Of a DNA stretch of 64,000 nucleotides, positions 11,621-20,537 are shown piece by piece. The stretch is from an uncultured Candidatus Saccharibacteria bacterium. Its GTDB lineage: Bacteria > Patescibacteriota > Minisyncoccia > Phycocordibacterales > CAIRYW01. A program made the translations under genes and the position numbers. The notes below the pieces were generated by a model. The model was given only the letters and a program-made list of their open reading frames with translations. It searched no databases and was not told the DNA's origin. The stretch covers positions 105-64,104 of the forward strand of contig CAYLQP010000002.1 of NCBI GenBank assembly GCA_964386665.1. The letters are read 5' to 3'. Numbering within the stretch: position 1 is the first letter of the stretch; each line of letters opens with the position of its first letter.

Positions 11621-13015
11621 ATGAGCATTATGAAAAAAGAAACATACCAAGGAAAAACAAAAATCCCTCCTCAGCATCTTGAAAGCGAAATGGCGCTTCT
11701 TGGAGCAGTGATGATCCGTCCTGAAAACATTCATGAGATTATTGATATTATTTCTGTTGATTCGTTTTATGCTGATAAACACAAAATCATCTTTAAGGCA
11801 ATGCTTGATCTCCTTTCAAGAAGCCATCCAATTGACCTTCTTTCTCTTTCTTCAAAACTCGAAGAACAAAAGCAACTTGATATGGTTGGAGGACGTAGTT
11901 ACTTGGCCGAAATAATCCAAAGCGTTCCAACCGCAACAAACATTACTCACTATGCTGAAATGGTTCAAAAGAAATATATGCTTCGACGTCTTATCGAAGC
12001 AGGTGAAAAAATCCACGATCTCGGGTTTGATGAACAAACTGACATTGATGAAACTCTCGATAAAGCAGAGAAAAAAATTTATGAAGTAACAAACAACACA
12101 GGGAACCACAAGTTTATTGAAATCAAAGAAACACTTGGAGAAGCGTGGGATCGACTCGAAAAACTTCACGAATCAGGAGAAGGACTTCGAGGAGTTCCAT
12201 CAGGATTCACCGCTCTTGATAATATGCTTTCAGGATTTCAAAAATCAGACCTTGTCATTCTTGCTGCGCGACCTTCAATGGGAAAGACAGCGCTTGCCCT
12301 TGATATTGCTCGACAAGCTGCAACAGTACACAATATTCCAGTTGGTTTCTTTTCACTTGAAATGAGTTCTCAGCAACTCGTTGATCGTATGCTTGCAGCA
12401 GAGAGTAAAGTAAATGCGTGGAGACTACGAACTGGTAAACTTTCTCGTGACGATGACTTTGGACGAATTCGTGATGCACTCGACAAACTTTCAAGTGCAC
12501 CAATCTACATTGATGACCAACCAGGAAATAATATTCTCAAAATGCGCGCAGTTGCCCGACGTCTCAAAAGCGAAAAAGGCTTAGGACTTATTATTGTTGA
12601 TTACCTTCAACTTATTATCCCAACCAACAACAGAAACTCAGACAACGTTGTTCAGCAAGTAACCGAAATCTCACGATCACTCAAGCAACTTGCGCGTGAA
12701 CTTGAAGTACCTGTCATTGCCCTTTCCCAACTTTCTCGAGCCGTTGAACAACGAGGAGGAGATGGTCGTCCAAAACTTTCTGACCTTCGAGATTCAGGAT
12801 CAATCGAACAAGACGCTGATGTGGTTATGTTTATTCACCGAGAAGATAAATACAAAGAAAACTCAGAGAAACAAAACATTGCTCAAATCCACATCGAAAA
12901 GCACAGAAACGGTGCGGTTGGATCTATTGAATTATTCTTTGATAGTGAACGAACCACGTTTCTTAACTTGGACAAAAGTAACATTGGCGACTTTCTAAAA
13001 GATGATACGTTTTAG
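11621..13015 (+). CDS. dnaB: Replicative DNA helicase DnaB
   Basis: It has an N-terminal DnaB domain (HLESEMALLGAVM), Walker A (AARPSMGKTALALDIA) and Walker B (IIVDYLQLI). Confidence 0.93.
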   Translation: MSIMKKETYQGKTKIPPQHLESEMALLGAVMIRPENIHEIIDIISVDSFYADKHKIIFKAMLDLLSRSHPIDLLSLSSKLEEQKQLDMVGGRSYLAEIIQSVPTATNITHYAEMVQKKYMLRRLIEAGEKIHDLGFDEQTDIDETLDKAEKKIYEVTNNTGNHKFIEIKETLGEAWDRLEKLHESGEGLRGVPSGFTALDNMLSGFQKSDLVILAARPSMGKTALALDIARQAATVHNIPVGFFSLEMSSQQLVDRMLAAESKVNAWRLRTGKLSRDDDFGRIRDALDKLSSAPIYIDDQPGNNILKMRAVARRLKSEKGLGLIIVDYLQLIIPTNNRNSDNVVQQVTEISRSLKQLARELEVPVIALSQLSRAVEQRGGDGRPKLSDLRDSGSIEQDADVVMFIHREDKYKENSEKQNIAQIHIEKHRNGAVGSIELFFDSERTTFLNLDKSNIGDFLKDDTF

Positions 13016-13017
13016 CT

Positions 13018-13626
13018 ATGAACTCATTTGATAAACTTGTAGAAAAATTCGGAGAATTCCCAGGAATTGGAGAACGCCAGGCAAAACGGTTTGCTTATTT
13101 TCTTCTATCCAAAAACACTTCTTATCTACAAGAACTCGCCACACTTATCACTACCATAAAAAAAGATATTACTCGTTGTGATATGTGTTTACGGTTTTTT
13201 AGCAAACAAGGAAGTGACCTCTGTTCATACTGTGCCGATGCGCTCCGTGATCATACTACCCTTCTTGTTGTTTCAAAAGATGCTGATCTGATCGCAATTG
13301 AACGAAGTGGGCTTTACCATGGATATTATGTTGTACTTGGTGGACTAATTCCAATCCTTGAAAAAGAACCTCAAAACAAAATTCGTGCAAATGAATTACT
13401 CACAGTGGTCGAAGAGCGGAGTAAAAAAGGTCTAAAAGAAATCATCTTTGCCCTTTCTGCAACAGCTGAAGGTGAACATACCCGAGAATTTATTGAATCA
13501 CTCCTTAGTGATTACAAAACCAAAGGAATAATATGTAGTGAACTTGGAAGAGGGCTTTCAACAGGAACCGAGTTGGAATACGCAGATCCAGAAACAATTA
13601 AAGCGGCTCTCCAGAATAAGAAATGA
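13018..13626 (+). CDS. recR: Recombination protein RecR
   Basis: It has an HhH N-terminus (FPGIGERQAKRFAY), a C4 zinc finger (CDMC...CSYC) and a Toprim domain. Confidence 0.92.
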   Translation: MNSFDKLVEKFGEFPGIGERQAKRFAYFLLSKNTSYLQELATLITTIKKDITRCDMCLRFFSKQGSDLCSYCADALRDHTTLLVVSKDADLIAIERSGLYHGYYVVLGGLIPILEKEPQNKIRANELLTVVEERSKKGLKEIIFALSATAEGEHTREFIESLLSDYKTKGIICSELGRGLSTGTELEYADPETIKAALQNKK

Positions 13627-13659
13627 AAAAAGCCGTTCGCTTTTAGGCGAACGGCTTTT
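13627..13659. terminator. Bidirectional intrinsic terminator between convergent recR and rplU
   Basis: aaaaGCCGTTCGCttttaGGCGAACGGCtttt is a perfect 9-bp GC-rich stem flanked by A/T runs on both sides. Confidence 0.8.
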
Positions 13660-13666
13660 TGATTTC

Positions 13667-14023
13667 TTATTTGATGTTTTCAATCTTTACTTCAAAGAAA
13701 GGTTGTCGGTGTCCGTTTTTCTTGAAATATCGACTTTTTTGTTTGTATTTAATTACAGTTACTTTTGGATGTCGGCCAATCTTTACAAGAGTTGCTTCTA
13801 CCTTCGCACCTTCAATATAAGGTGTTCCAATTGTCGTATTTGAACCATCATCAACAAGAAGTACTTTATCAAAAGAAACTTTGTCTCCTTCGTTAAAATC
13901 TCCTTTTATTTTCTCAATTTTTACAAGATTACCCACAGAAACTTTGTACTGTTTTCCTCCAGTTGTAATAACCGCAAATTCATTATTTTGTTCAGTTTTT
14001 GTTGTTTTCTTAGGCATACGCAC
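13667..14023 (-). CDS. rplU: 50S ribosomal protein L21
   Basis: FAVITTGGKQYKV...KVTVIKYKQKSRYFKKNGHRQPFFEVKIE is the L21 signature. It has a roughly 15-aa N-terminal extension. Confidence 0.9.
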   Translation of the reverse strand: MRMPKKTTKTEQNNEFAVITTGGKQYKVSVGNLVKIEKIKGDFNEGDKVSFDKVLLVDDGSNTTIGTPYIEGAKVEATLVKIGRHPKVTVIKYKQKSRYFKKNGHRQPFFEVKIENIK

Positions 14024-14083
14024 TATATTACCAATTTATAAAAAAAAAAGCAACTATTTTATACAGATCTCCAGAAAAGAGGG

Positions 14084-15064
14084 TTATTTCTTCTTTGCAA
14101 AGAAATTATCTTCTTTTGTACGTAAAAACCACCGTGATCCTGCTCCAAATACCAACAATACACACGCAATAGAAAAATGAGGTAAGTGACCAAGAAGCTC
14201 AACTGGCCCAAGAAGCACGAGGGTGGTCACCAAAAAGACCGCAAGTGCAATAGTACTTAACCGAGTTACCAATCCAAGTAAGAAAAACAGACCAAAAAGA
14301 AACTCCCCTGCTCCAGCCGCGAATGCAAACCAGTAATCAGAAAACCATTCAAACCCAAGACGATGCATAAAATTCCAATTATATTGAAGCAAAAAATTCT
14401 GAGTAAGAGATGGGGTCAAGATTTTTTCTGAAAATCCAAGAATCATTAAATTAAGCCCTGTTCCAATTCGAAGTATCGATACCCCATATTCATGAAATCG
14501 ATGAGCAAGGTGTGAAAACCATTTTGCTTCCACAATATGCCACTTTGGTCTTCCTATTACCATTGCATAAAAAGCAAATCCAACCATTTCAAGTGTATCG
14601 AGCATTTCCACTAAACCATATCGATGTATCGACATTCCAAACAAAACCAAAAGAAGCAAACCTCCGATTCTTTCATAGACTCCAAAAAGGATCATAAAAC
14701 CGGCAAGCATTTGTAGAAGAAGTAATGTATCTCCTGTTGGATATGCAAGCAAATTTGGCGCAAAGATAAACCCAAAATAAGAGAAAATTAGAAATGCCGC
14801 ACCAAACCCAATACTCGCAATCGAAAGAATTGAAGGTGCACAGGTTGCAATTGTGTTTTGAAGCCACTTAGGCACACCAAGATGTCGTTGAAGAAGTATC
14901 CCAATAAGCACAATACCAAGTGCAATAGCGATAGTAACCAATACAGGTATGTCAGTAATCTGATATGGCCGTATAGTCTCACCTGATGTAGCGAACCATT
15001 TCACGTGAGCAGACGCAAATGAAAAAGAAGAGAAGAATAGTAACCACACTAGGTATCTTTTCAT
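14084..15064 (-). CDS. Polytopic membrane protein, DoxX-like (tentative)
   Basis: Signal peptide followed by about eight TM helices. The second half (GAGEFLFGLFFLLGLVTRLSTIALAVFLV) resembles DoxX helices. The family assignment is tentative. Confidence 0.45.
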   Translation of the reverse strand: MKRYLVWLLFFSSFSFASAHVKWFATSGETIRPYQITDIPVLVTIAIALGIVLIGILLQRHLGVPKWLQNTIATCAPSILSIASIGFGAAFLIFSYFGFIFAPNLLAYPTGDTLLLLQMLAGFMILFGVYERIGGLLLLVLFGMSIHRYGLVEMLDTLEMVGFAFYAMVIGRPKWHIVEAKWFSHLAHRFHEYGVSILRIGTGLNLMILGFSEKILTPSLTQNFLLQYNWNFMHRLGFEWFSDYWFAFAAGAGEFLFGLFFLLGLVTRLSTIALAVFLVTTLVLLGPVELLGHLPHFSIACVLLVFGAGSRWFLRTKEDNFFAKKK

Positions 15065-15068
15065 ACTA

Positions 15069-15998
15069 TTAGTTATTCAATTTATTAATAGGAAATCGAT
15101 CCTTATCAATCGTTCGATCAAAACACACTTCCCCAACTCCGTGATCAAAGTTACCCATAATCATAGGATACACCTCAACAACAGTCTGTGGATTTGGTTT
15201 TACTGAATCTGTTTTAAATGTCGCACAAAGGGTAAATGAAAGTGCTCCTGTTACCTCATACACATAAGACTCATTTGTTTCAGGATCTAACAGATTTGAT
15301 GTTCCAAGCAAAGGATCAACAGTTTCTTCAATGGTCTTTGGGAGATATCCTTTTGCTTGATAAAATGAAACAATTTGAGATTGTAATTGTTCAAGATGCA
15401 CTTGTCGTTGTCGATCGTTTGAAATATCACGCTGTACAGACGGAGATCCTATCAGATACAACCCAAAACCAACACTTATTACCACAAGAAGAAAAACTCC
15501 TTTTGCAATATAGTTTAGTTTCTTTGTTTTTTGTTCCCATACTCCTCGAATATCGGCTAAATAAAAAGTAAAAATACCAAGTGCAACCAAAAAGACCGAT
15601 AGTACCTTCAAAAGAAATCCAAGTGCTAATTGTTCACCAGAAAGAAATGTATTAATAAGTACAATTACATCAATTGCAAGTGCAAGTCCCGCCAAAAAGA
15701 GTGTCAAAAACAAAAGCCATTTTCTAAACCCAGCAACTTCTTTACTTTGTTCAACTTGTTTTCTATATATCCTTGATAACCAAAGAAAAAGAGGAAACAT
15801 TACAACCAATACCGAAACAGCAATTCTCATTGAGGCTCCAGTGGCATCATAATAATACGTATCAACAGTACCAAGTACGTCATCAATAACCGCAAAAACA
15901 AAGTTTAAGAAACTAATAACCGAAACATAAAGCGTTGTAATAATTCCAAGTTGGATAAAAAAATATTTTGGTGTGTTCATATGTATGTATTTTCTCAC
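15069..15998 (-). CDS. Membrane protein with extracytoplasmic C-terminal domain (hypothetical)
   Basis: Four to five N-terminal TM helices followed by a roughly 130-aa soluble domain. No recognisable motif. Confidence 0.5.
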   Translation of the reverse strand: MRKYIHMNTPKYFFIQLGIITTLYVSVISFLNFVFAVIDDVLGTVDTYYYDATGASMRIAVSVLVVMFPLFLWLSRIYRKQVEQSKEVAGFRKWLLFLTLFLAGLALAIDVIVLINTFLSGEQLALGFLLKVLSVFLVALGIFTFYLADIRGVWEQKTKKLNYIAKGVFLLVVISVGFGLYLIGSPSVQRDISNDRQRQVHLEQLQSQIVSFYQAKGYLPKTIEETVDPLLGTSNLLDPETNESYVYEVTGALSFTLCATFKTDSVKPNPQTVVEVYPMIMGNFDHGVGEVCFDRTIDKDRFPINKLNN

Positions 15999-16024
15999 AA
16001 GAACACAAAAATACCAACACCAAA

Positions 16025-16714
16025 CTAATCTCGAAGACGTTCCATATACACACTTATAGTTCTACGTTTAAATGCCTTACCCTGATAGATATGTTTGTAA
16101 CTTTTTATCATTTTGTAAATTTTGAAATAAGGAGAAAAAAATTCTTGGATTTCTTCTTCTGTCCATACGTGTTCTTGCGACTTTATCTTTGGGTGCATAT
16201 ATGAATTTTCTTCGTCTGTTGGATGTTCCAAAATCAATCTCTTTGCATGCAAATCGCCATCAAGAACAAACGTTTTAAAAAAGAACCAGCCGTAAGGCTT
16301 CATTACTCTTACTAGTTCATCTCGATACGCTTCACGCTCTTTTTTATTCAAAAAGTGGGTTGACATCATATCCAAAACTACATCAACAGACTGATCAGCC
16401 ACAGGGAACGGTTTTGAAGCAGTTTGTTCCTTAAATATAATCGGAAGACCTTTTGCCATTTTGTGCGCAAGCGTAAGAGCAGTGCTTGAAATATCAATAC
16501 CCAAGCCTTCCATATGTGCTTCTCTACAAAGAGAAATGATATTGCGCCCATTTCCACACCCAACATCAAGAACAAAACCACCTTCAGGAAAAGGAGGCCA
16601 TTCCGCATTCCTTACTACCCATCTTACAAATTTACCAAGATCTTCTGCCGGATCATCCGACAAAGTGAGATGATTTGCTTTGCTATATTCGTCATCCCAA
16701 AATTTTTTTGTCAT
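16025..16714 (-). CDS. Class I SAM-dependent methyltransferase
   Basis: Motif I is VLDVGCGNGRNI. A Rossmann-fold layout follows. Confidence 0.8.
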   Translation of the reverse strand: MTKKFWDDEYSKANHLTLSDDPAEDLGKFVRWVVRNAEWPPFPEGGFVLDVGCGNGRNIISLCREAHMEGLGIDISSTALTLAHKMAKGLPIIFKEQTASKPFPVADQSVDVVLDMMSTHFLNKKEREAYRDELVRVMKPYGWFFFKTFVLDGDLHAKRLILEHPTDEENSYMHPKIKSQEHVWTEEEIQEFFSPYFKIYKMIKSYKHIYQGKAFKRRTISVYMERLRD

Positions 16715-16786
16715 AAAAAAGTTAAATTATGTAATAGACATCTAATTAGTGGTATTTCTATAAAAACACACTTTTTGTACGTAGTG

Positions 16787-16860
16787 TGTCGAGGGTGGGA
16801 CTTGAACCCACGACCTGTCGATTATGAATCGACCGCTCTCACCAGCTGAGCTACCCCGAC
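16787..16860 (-). tRNA. tRNA-Met(CAU) (elongator or possibly a tRNA-Ile2 lysidine substrate)
   Basis: I folded it by hand into a canonical cloverleaf. The acceptor is GUCGGGG/CCUCGAC, with U8A9. The D-stem is GCUC/GAGC with a GG loop. The anticodon stem is GUCGA/UCGAC with loop UUCAUAA. The T-arm is GUGGG-UUCAAGU-CCCAC. The discriminator is A. Confidence 0.85.
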
Positions 16861-16943
16861 AATACATAGCAATATAATACAAAAAACCCAAAAAAACAAA
16901 CTTTTAGAGGTGTTTTCTATAATTATAAGAATTTTTTAACTTG

Positions 16944-17014
16944 TTGCGGAGTCCGGATTTGCACCGGAGTCTTCAGGTTATGAGCCTGACGAGATACTAC
17001 TTCTCTACTCCGCT
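16944..17014 (-). tRNA. Second CAU tRNA (Met-like), atypical D and T loops
   Basis: The anticodon arm UCAGG-CUCAUAA-CCUGA and the T-stem UCCGG/CCGGA closely resemble E. coli tRNA-fMet. The 1:72 pair is an A-A mismatch. The D-loop AGUAGUA lacks G18 and the T-loop reads UGCAAAU (G55). There is no GGG/CCC anticodon stem, so it is not a canonical initiator. Confidence 0.55.
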
Positions 17015-17096
17015 TTATTACTTTAGACATAACGTATAAAGTAAGTCGTATACTAACATACACAATACCTTTAATCAAGCAAACATTATATTGGAA

Positions 17097-17801
17097 TCAG
17101 ACGAAATAAAACTCTTCAAACACTTTTTTATACAACGCAAAAACTCTTTCAGCCTCTGATCGTGAAAGATGAAAGTCAGTACCTGAGTGAGCAATTCTAT
17201 TTCGAACCTTGTGTGCTTCCCATGCTTCATTTAATGTATGAAAATCACTTGGTTCTACTATTTTTAATTTGTCAGCAATACTTTCGCCTGGGTATCCCAT
17301 TTTTTTTAACATTTCATCAAGAAGAATATCGCATTCAATAATCGCAAGTCGCCAGTCCGCTTCATTGTGCGATTTGATGCGAAGGGTAATGTTTTCCCAA
17401 CGTTTTTTTGACTGATTTGCAGATCCTTGTGTCGTATGTCCACTCTCCTGTACTCCATGATGATCAGATGAATGGTGGTGTCCTCCACTTCCATGAGAAG
17501 TGTGATTATCGTGATGACCTCCGTGTCCGTGATGAGAAAGTTGTCCAAGTTTAAAATTGGCATACAGCGTACCAAGTAAAAACAAGAGACACAAAAAAAT
17601 CGATGCAACTTGTATCACATCAAATATTGCAACAAACACAGAAGAGAAACTTGGCAATTCGTTTAACCTAATCCCTACCAAATTTAACAGATATTTCACC
17701 ACAAGCCATAACGCACCTAAAAACAAAATCCAAAAAAGAACATCGCTAAATCCACCCCCTCCACCCCCTTCTTCAGCTCCTCCTTTTTTTTCTTCTGCCA
17801 T
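17097..17801 (-). CDS. Membrane-anchored protein with His-rich linker and C-terminal HEPN-like (R-x4-H) domain
   Basis: Gly-rich N-terminus and two TM helices. Then a His-rich tract (HHGHGGHHDNHTSHGSGGHHHSSDHH). Then an alpha-helical domain of about 100 aa containing KVRNRIAHSG, which matches the HEPN Rx4-6H motif. Confidence 0.55.
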   Translation of the reverse strand: MAEEKKGGAEEGGGGGGFSDVLFWILFLGALWLVVKYLLNLVGIRLNELPSFSSVFVAIFDVIQVASIFLCLLFLLGTLYANFKLGQLSHHGHGGHHDNHTSHGSGGHHHSSDHHGVQESGHTTQGSANQSKKRWENITLRIKSHNEADWRLAIIECDILLDEMLKKMGYPGESIADKLKIVEPSDFHTLNEAWEAHKVRNRIAHSGTDFHLSRSEAERVFALYKKVFEEFYFV

Positions 17802-17809
17802 AGATAAAA

Positions 17810-19216
17810 TTAGCTTAATTTTTCAAATGAATCTGCGAAATCAAGTAGTGTATAATCTAAATAAAACTCACTTAAGAACTGCATACTCAGTGGTAATCCT
17901 GTTTTAGTTTGACCACTTGGCACTGCAATAGCAGGAATCTGTGCAAGGTCTGCTGGAGACGTAAACACATCTTCAAGGTACATTGCAATAGGATCATTAG
18001 TCTTTTCTCCAATCTTAAATGCTGGATTTGCAGTTGAAGGCATTGCAATAATATCAACTTGAGTAAAGGCATTTTTAAAATCTTGTTTTATGAGTTCACG
18101 AATTTTTGTAGCTTTGCCATAATACGAATCATAATATCCAGAAGAAAGCACATACGTACCAATCAGAATTCGTCTCTGCACTTCTTTGCCAATAAGTGAT
18201 CCTCTTGTTTTGAAATAGTCAGCAGTTAAATTGTCTCCCTCTACTTTTTGACCAAACTTAACACCATCATATCGAGCCATATTTGAAGACACTTCAGCGG
18301 GCACAATAATGTAATACACTGGAATCGAATAGTGAATATGAGGTAGTGTTACATCAACAATCTCAAAACCGTTTTGTTTTAATTTTTCGATTGATTCATT
18401 AAAGTTATGAATTACCTCTTCATCAATTCCTCCTTTAGAAAGAAGCTCTCGACACACACCTATTTTTTTAACTGTTTTAGATTCTTTTGGTATTTCAATA
18501 GTCGTTGCATCATACGTATCAACACCCGCAATATATTTAAATACAATTTTTGCATCTTCTGCAGTCTTTGCAAAAGGTCCCATATGATCGAGAGAAGAAG
18601 CCATCGCCATTACTCCATGTCTTGAAACAGCACCATACGTTCCTTTGTACCCCACAACTCCACAAAAACTTGCAGGCTGTCTAATGGATCCACCTGTATC
18701 ACTTCCAATAGCAAATAAACAAAGCCCCGCTCCAAGAGCCGCTGCACATCCACCACTTGAACCTCCTGCGACTCGCTCAAGGTCAAACGGATTTTTAACT
18801 ACTCCATAAGCAGATGTTTCAGTTGAGGCACCCATCGCAAACTCATCCATATTTGCCCGTCCAAGAAGTACTGCTCCAGCTTCAATTAATTTTTTTGCCA
18901 CAGTACTATCATACGGCGCAATGTATCCTTCAAGCACTTTTGACGCAGAGGAAGCTCTACGTCCTTTAAACAAAAAGTTATCTTTCACCACATAAGGAAT
19001 ACCAAGGAGTTCTCCTTTTTCTCCATTCTTTATTCGTTCATCAGCCTTTTGTGCTTGTGCAAGTGCATCATCAAACACTTCGAGAAGTGCGTTAAGTTTT
19101 GGATTTTCTTCTTCTATCTTTTTTAAGAAATACGTCGTCAAATCAACTGATGTTATTTCACCATTTCGAAGTAACTCGCCCGCTTTTTTTATTGTAAGAT
19201 CTTTAAAATCAATCAT
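17810..19216 (-). CDS. gatA: Glutamyl-tRNA(Gln) amidotransferase subunit A
   Basis: It carries the amidase signature (GGSSGGCAAALGAG, catalytic Ser-cisSer-Lys context). It follows gatC by 4 nt. Confidence 0.93.
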   Translation of the reverse strand: MIDFKDLTIKKAGELLRNGEITSVDLTTYFLKKIEEENPKLNALLEVFDDALAQAQKADERIKNGEKGELLGIPYVVKDNFLFKGRRASSASKVLEGYIAPYDSTVAKKLIEAGAVLLGRANMDEFAMGASTETSAYGVVKNPFDLERVAGGSSGGCAAALGAGLCLFAIGSDTGGSIRQPASFCGVVGYKGTYGAVSRHGVMAMASSLDHMGPFAKTAEDAKIVFKYIAGVDTYDATTIEIPKESKTVKKIGVCRELLSKGGIDEEVIHNFNESIEKLKQNGFEIVDVTLPHIHYSIPVYYIIVPAEVSSNMARYDGVKFGQKVEGDNLTADYFKTRGSLIGKEVQRRILIGTYVLSSGYYDSYYGKATKIRELIKQDFKNAFTQVDIIAMPSTANPAFKIGEKTNDPIAMYLEDVFTSPADLAQIPAIAVPSGQTKTGLPLSMQFLSEFYLDYTLLDFADSFEKLS

Positions 19217-19220
19217 AGTG

Positions 19221-19499
19221 TTACATTATCTTCTTTACCTTCACAAACCCATTTTCAGAGGCTGGAGCACTCGACAAAAGCGACGAAGTATATTCTCCTG
19301 TTTGGTTCACCACTGTGTCTTGTCGGAAAACATTATTTGGGGAAAGCTTTCTATCTGCCTCTTGTGTAAGCGCACTGTCGATTTGACCAACATATTCAAT
19401 GATTGTACCTAGCTCTTTTGCCAAACCATCCAAAGATTCTGGAGAAACTTCAAGTCGAGCAAGTGTAGCCAATTTTTTAACTTCTTCTTTTGTAATCAT
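19221..19499 (-). CDS. gatC: Asp/Glu-tRNA amidotransferase subunit C
   Basis: 92 aa. MITKEEVKKLATLARLEVSPESL is the typical GatC N-terminus. Confidence 0.85.
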   Translation of the reverse strand: MITKEEVKKLATLARLEVSPESLDGLAKELGTIIEYVGQIDSALTQEADRKLSPNNVFRQDTVVNQTGEYTSSLLSSAPASENGFVKVKKIM

Positions 19500-19549
19500 A
19501 TATCAGATTGTAGCACAGAGAACAGAGAATGTGGAGAGGTGCCTTATAT

Positions 19550-19583
19550 GTAAAAACACTCGCTTGAGGCGAGTGTTTTTACA
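19550..19583. terminator. Intrinsic terminator downstream of the glutaredoxin-like gene (symmetric)
   Basis: gtAAAAACACTCGCttgaGGCGAGTGTTTTTac forms a perfect stem of about 14 bp with U-runs on both strands. Confidence 0.75.
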
Positions 19584-19593
19584 TACGTTCTTC

Positions 19594-19827
19594 TTATAGA
19601 CCTAGTATTTGTGTGAGATGTTCTTTATCAAATCCAACAATTATCTCTCCTTCGATATCAATAACAGGAACCCCCATTTGCTCACTCTTGTCGATCATTT
19701 CTTTACGGGCATTGAGATCAGTTGCTACATCGTGTTCTGTATATTCTACGTTATGTTGTTTAAAAAATTCTTTTGCCATATTGCAGTATGTACAAACTGG
19801 AGTTGAGTATATAGTTACTTTTTTCAT
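19594..19827 (-). CDS. Glutaredoxin/NrdH-like redoxin
   Basis: 77 aa with a CTYC active site inside a thioredoxin fold (VTIYSTPVCTYCNMAKEF). Confidence 0.8.
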   Translation of the reverse strand: MKKVTIYSTPVCTYCNMAKEFFKQHNVEYTEHDVATDLNARKEMIDKSEQMGVPVIDIEGEIIVGFDKEHLTQILGL

Positions 19828-19912
19828 AAATATATGTTGGTTAAATAGTAAGAACTCTATTCTAACAAAATACCTCTTGAAAACCTTATTGCCAACAAAC
19901 TTTTTTTATTCC

Positions 19913-20302
19913 CTAATGTCCGATACCAAACCAACTCCCAACTGATCTAAACATCCGTTTAAAAAACGATTCTGTTTCTACTTCTTCTACCTTTTCTTCA
20001 TCAGGCAACACAACGATTAATTGTTCTTGTGGTTTTGCAACATTAAACTTTTTTCGAAATTCACTTTCTAAACCATCTTCACTTTCGAGGTTTTTTATAT
20101 CTGATTCAAGAACATGCTCTCTTTCTTTTAGCTCAAGCAACTTTACTTCGAGCACTTCTTTTTCTACGATACTTAAACGGTATTTGAGATAAATATTAAC
20201 CACTGCTTTGATCAAAATAAGGCAAAGCACGAACATTCCAATAAGGACTGGTTTAGAGTACATTTTTCTTCTGATATTTTTTCGTTCTTGAAATTGGCGC
20301 AT
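19913..20302 (-). CDS. Septum formation initiator family protein (FtsB/DivIC-like)
   Basis: One TM helix followed by a coiled coil (LEVKLLELKEREHVLESDIKNLESE). The true start may be the internal Met of MYSKPVLIG. Confidence 0.6.
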   Translation of the reverse strand: MRQFQERKNIRRKMYSKPVLIGMFVLCLILIKAVVNIYLKYRLSIVEKEVLEVKLLELKEREHVLESDIKNLESEDGLESEFRKKFNVAKPQEQLIVVLPDEEKVEEVETESFFKRMFRSVGSWFGIGH

Positions 20303-20340
20303 AATATGCTACTATTCTACCTATAAATTAAAAAAATACT

Positions 20341-20451
20341 ATGTTTCTATTTGGAAAACGAGCACAAAAAATCATAAAAATCTTTTTCGCTATCATTTCA
20401 GTGATTATCATTATTAGTATGATTGCGTTTTATTTCCCACTTTCATACTAA
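20341..20451 (+). CDS. Possible 36-aa hydrophobic small protein (unannotated sORF)
   Basis: The sequence is MFLFGKRAQKIIKIFFAIISVIIIISMIAFYFPLSY. It is followed directly by the hairpin terminator at 20456-20491. It is below the ORF-track size cut-off. Coding status is uncertain. Confidence 0.25.
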   Translation: MFLFGKRAQKIIKIFFAIISVIIIISMIAFYFPLSY

Positions 20452-20455
20452 AAGA

Positions 20456-20491
20456 AACAAAAACCGCCGCGCCTTAGGGCGCGGCGGTTTT
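20456..20491. terminator. Bidirectional intrinsic terminator after lepA
   Basis: aaaaACCGCCGCGCCttagGGCGCGGCGGTtttt is a 12-bp GC stem with flanking A/T runs. Confidence 0.85.
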
Positions 20492-20537
20492 TGTTTACTT
20501 GCTCTATATTCAATATTTCATATTCTATATCCCTCCC

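Noticed and set aside
16944-17014. Initiator tRNA-fMet identity for the second CAU tRNA
   Set aside because: The 1:72 pair is mismatched, but the anticodon stem lacks the three consecutive G-C pairs required of bacterial initiators. I left it as Met-like and atypical.
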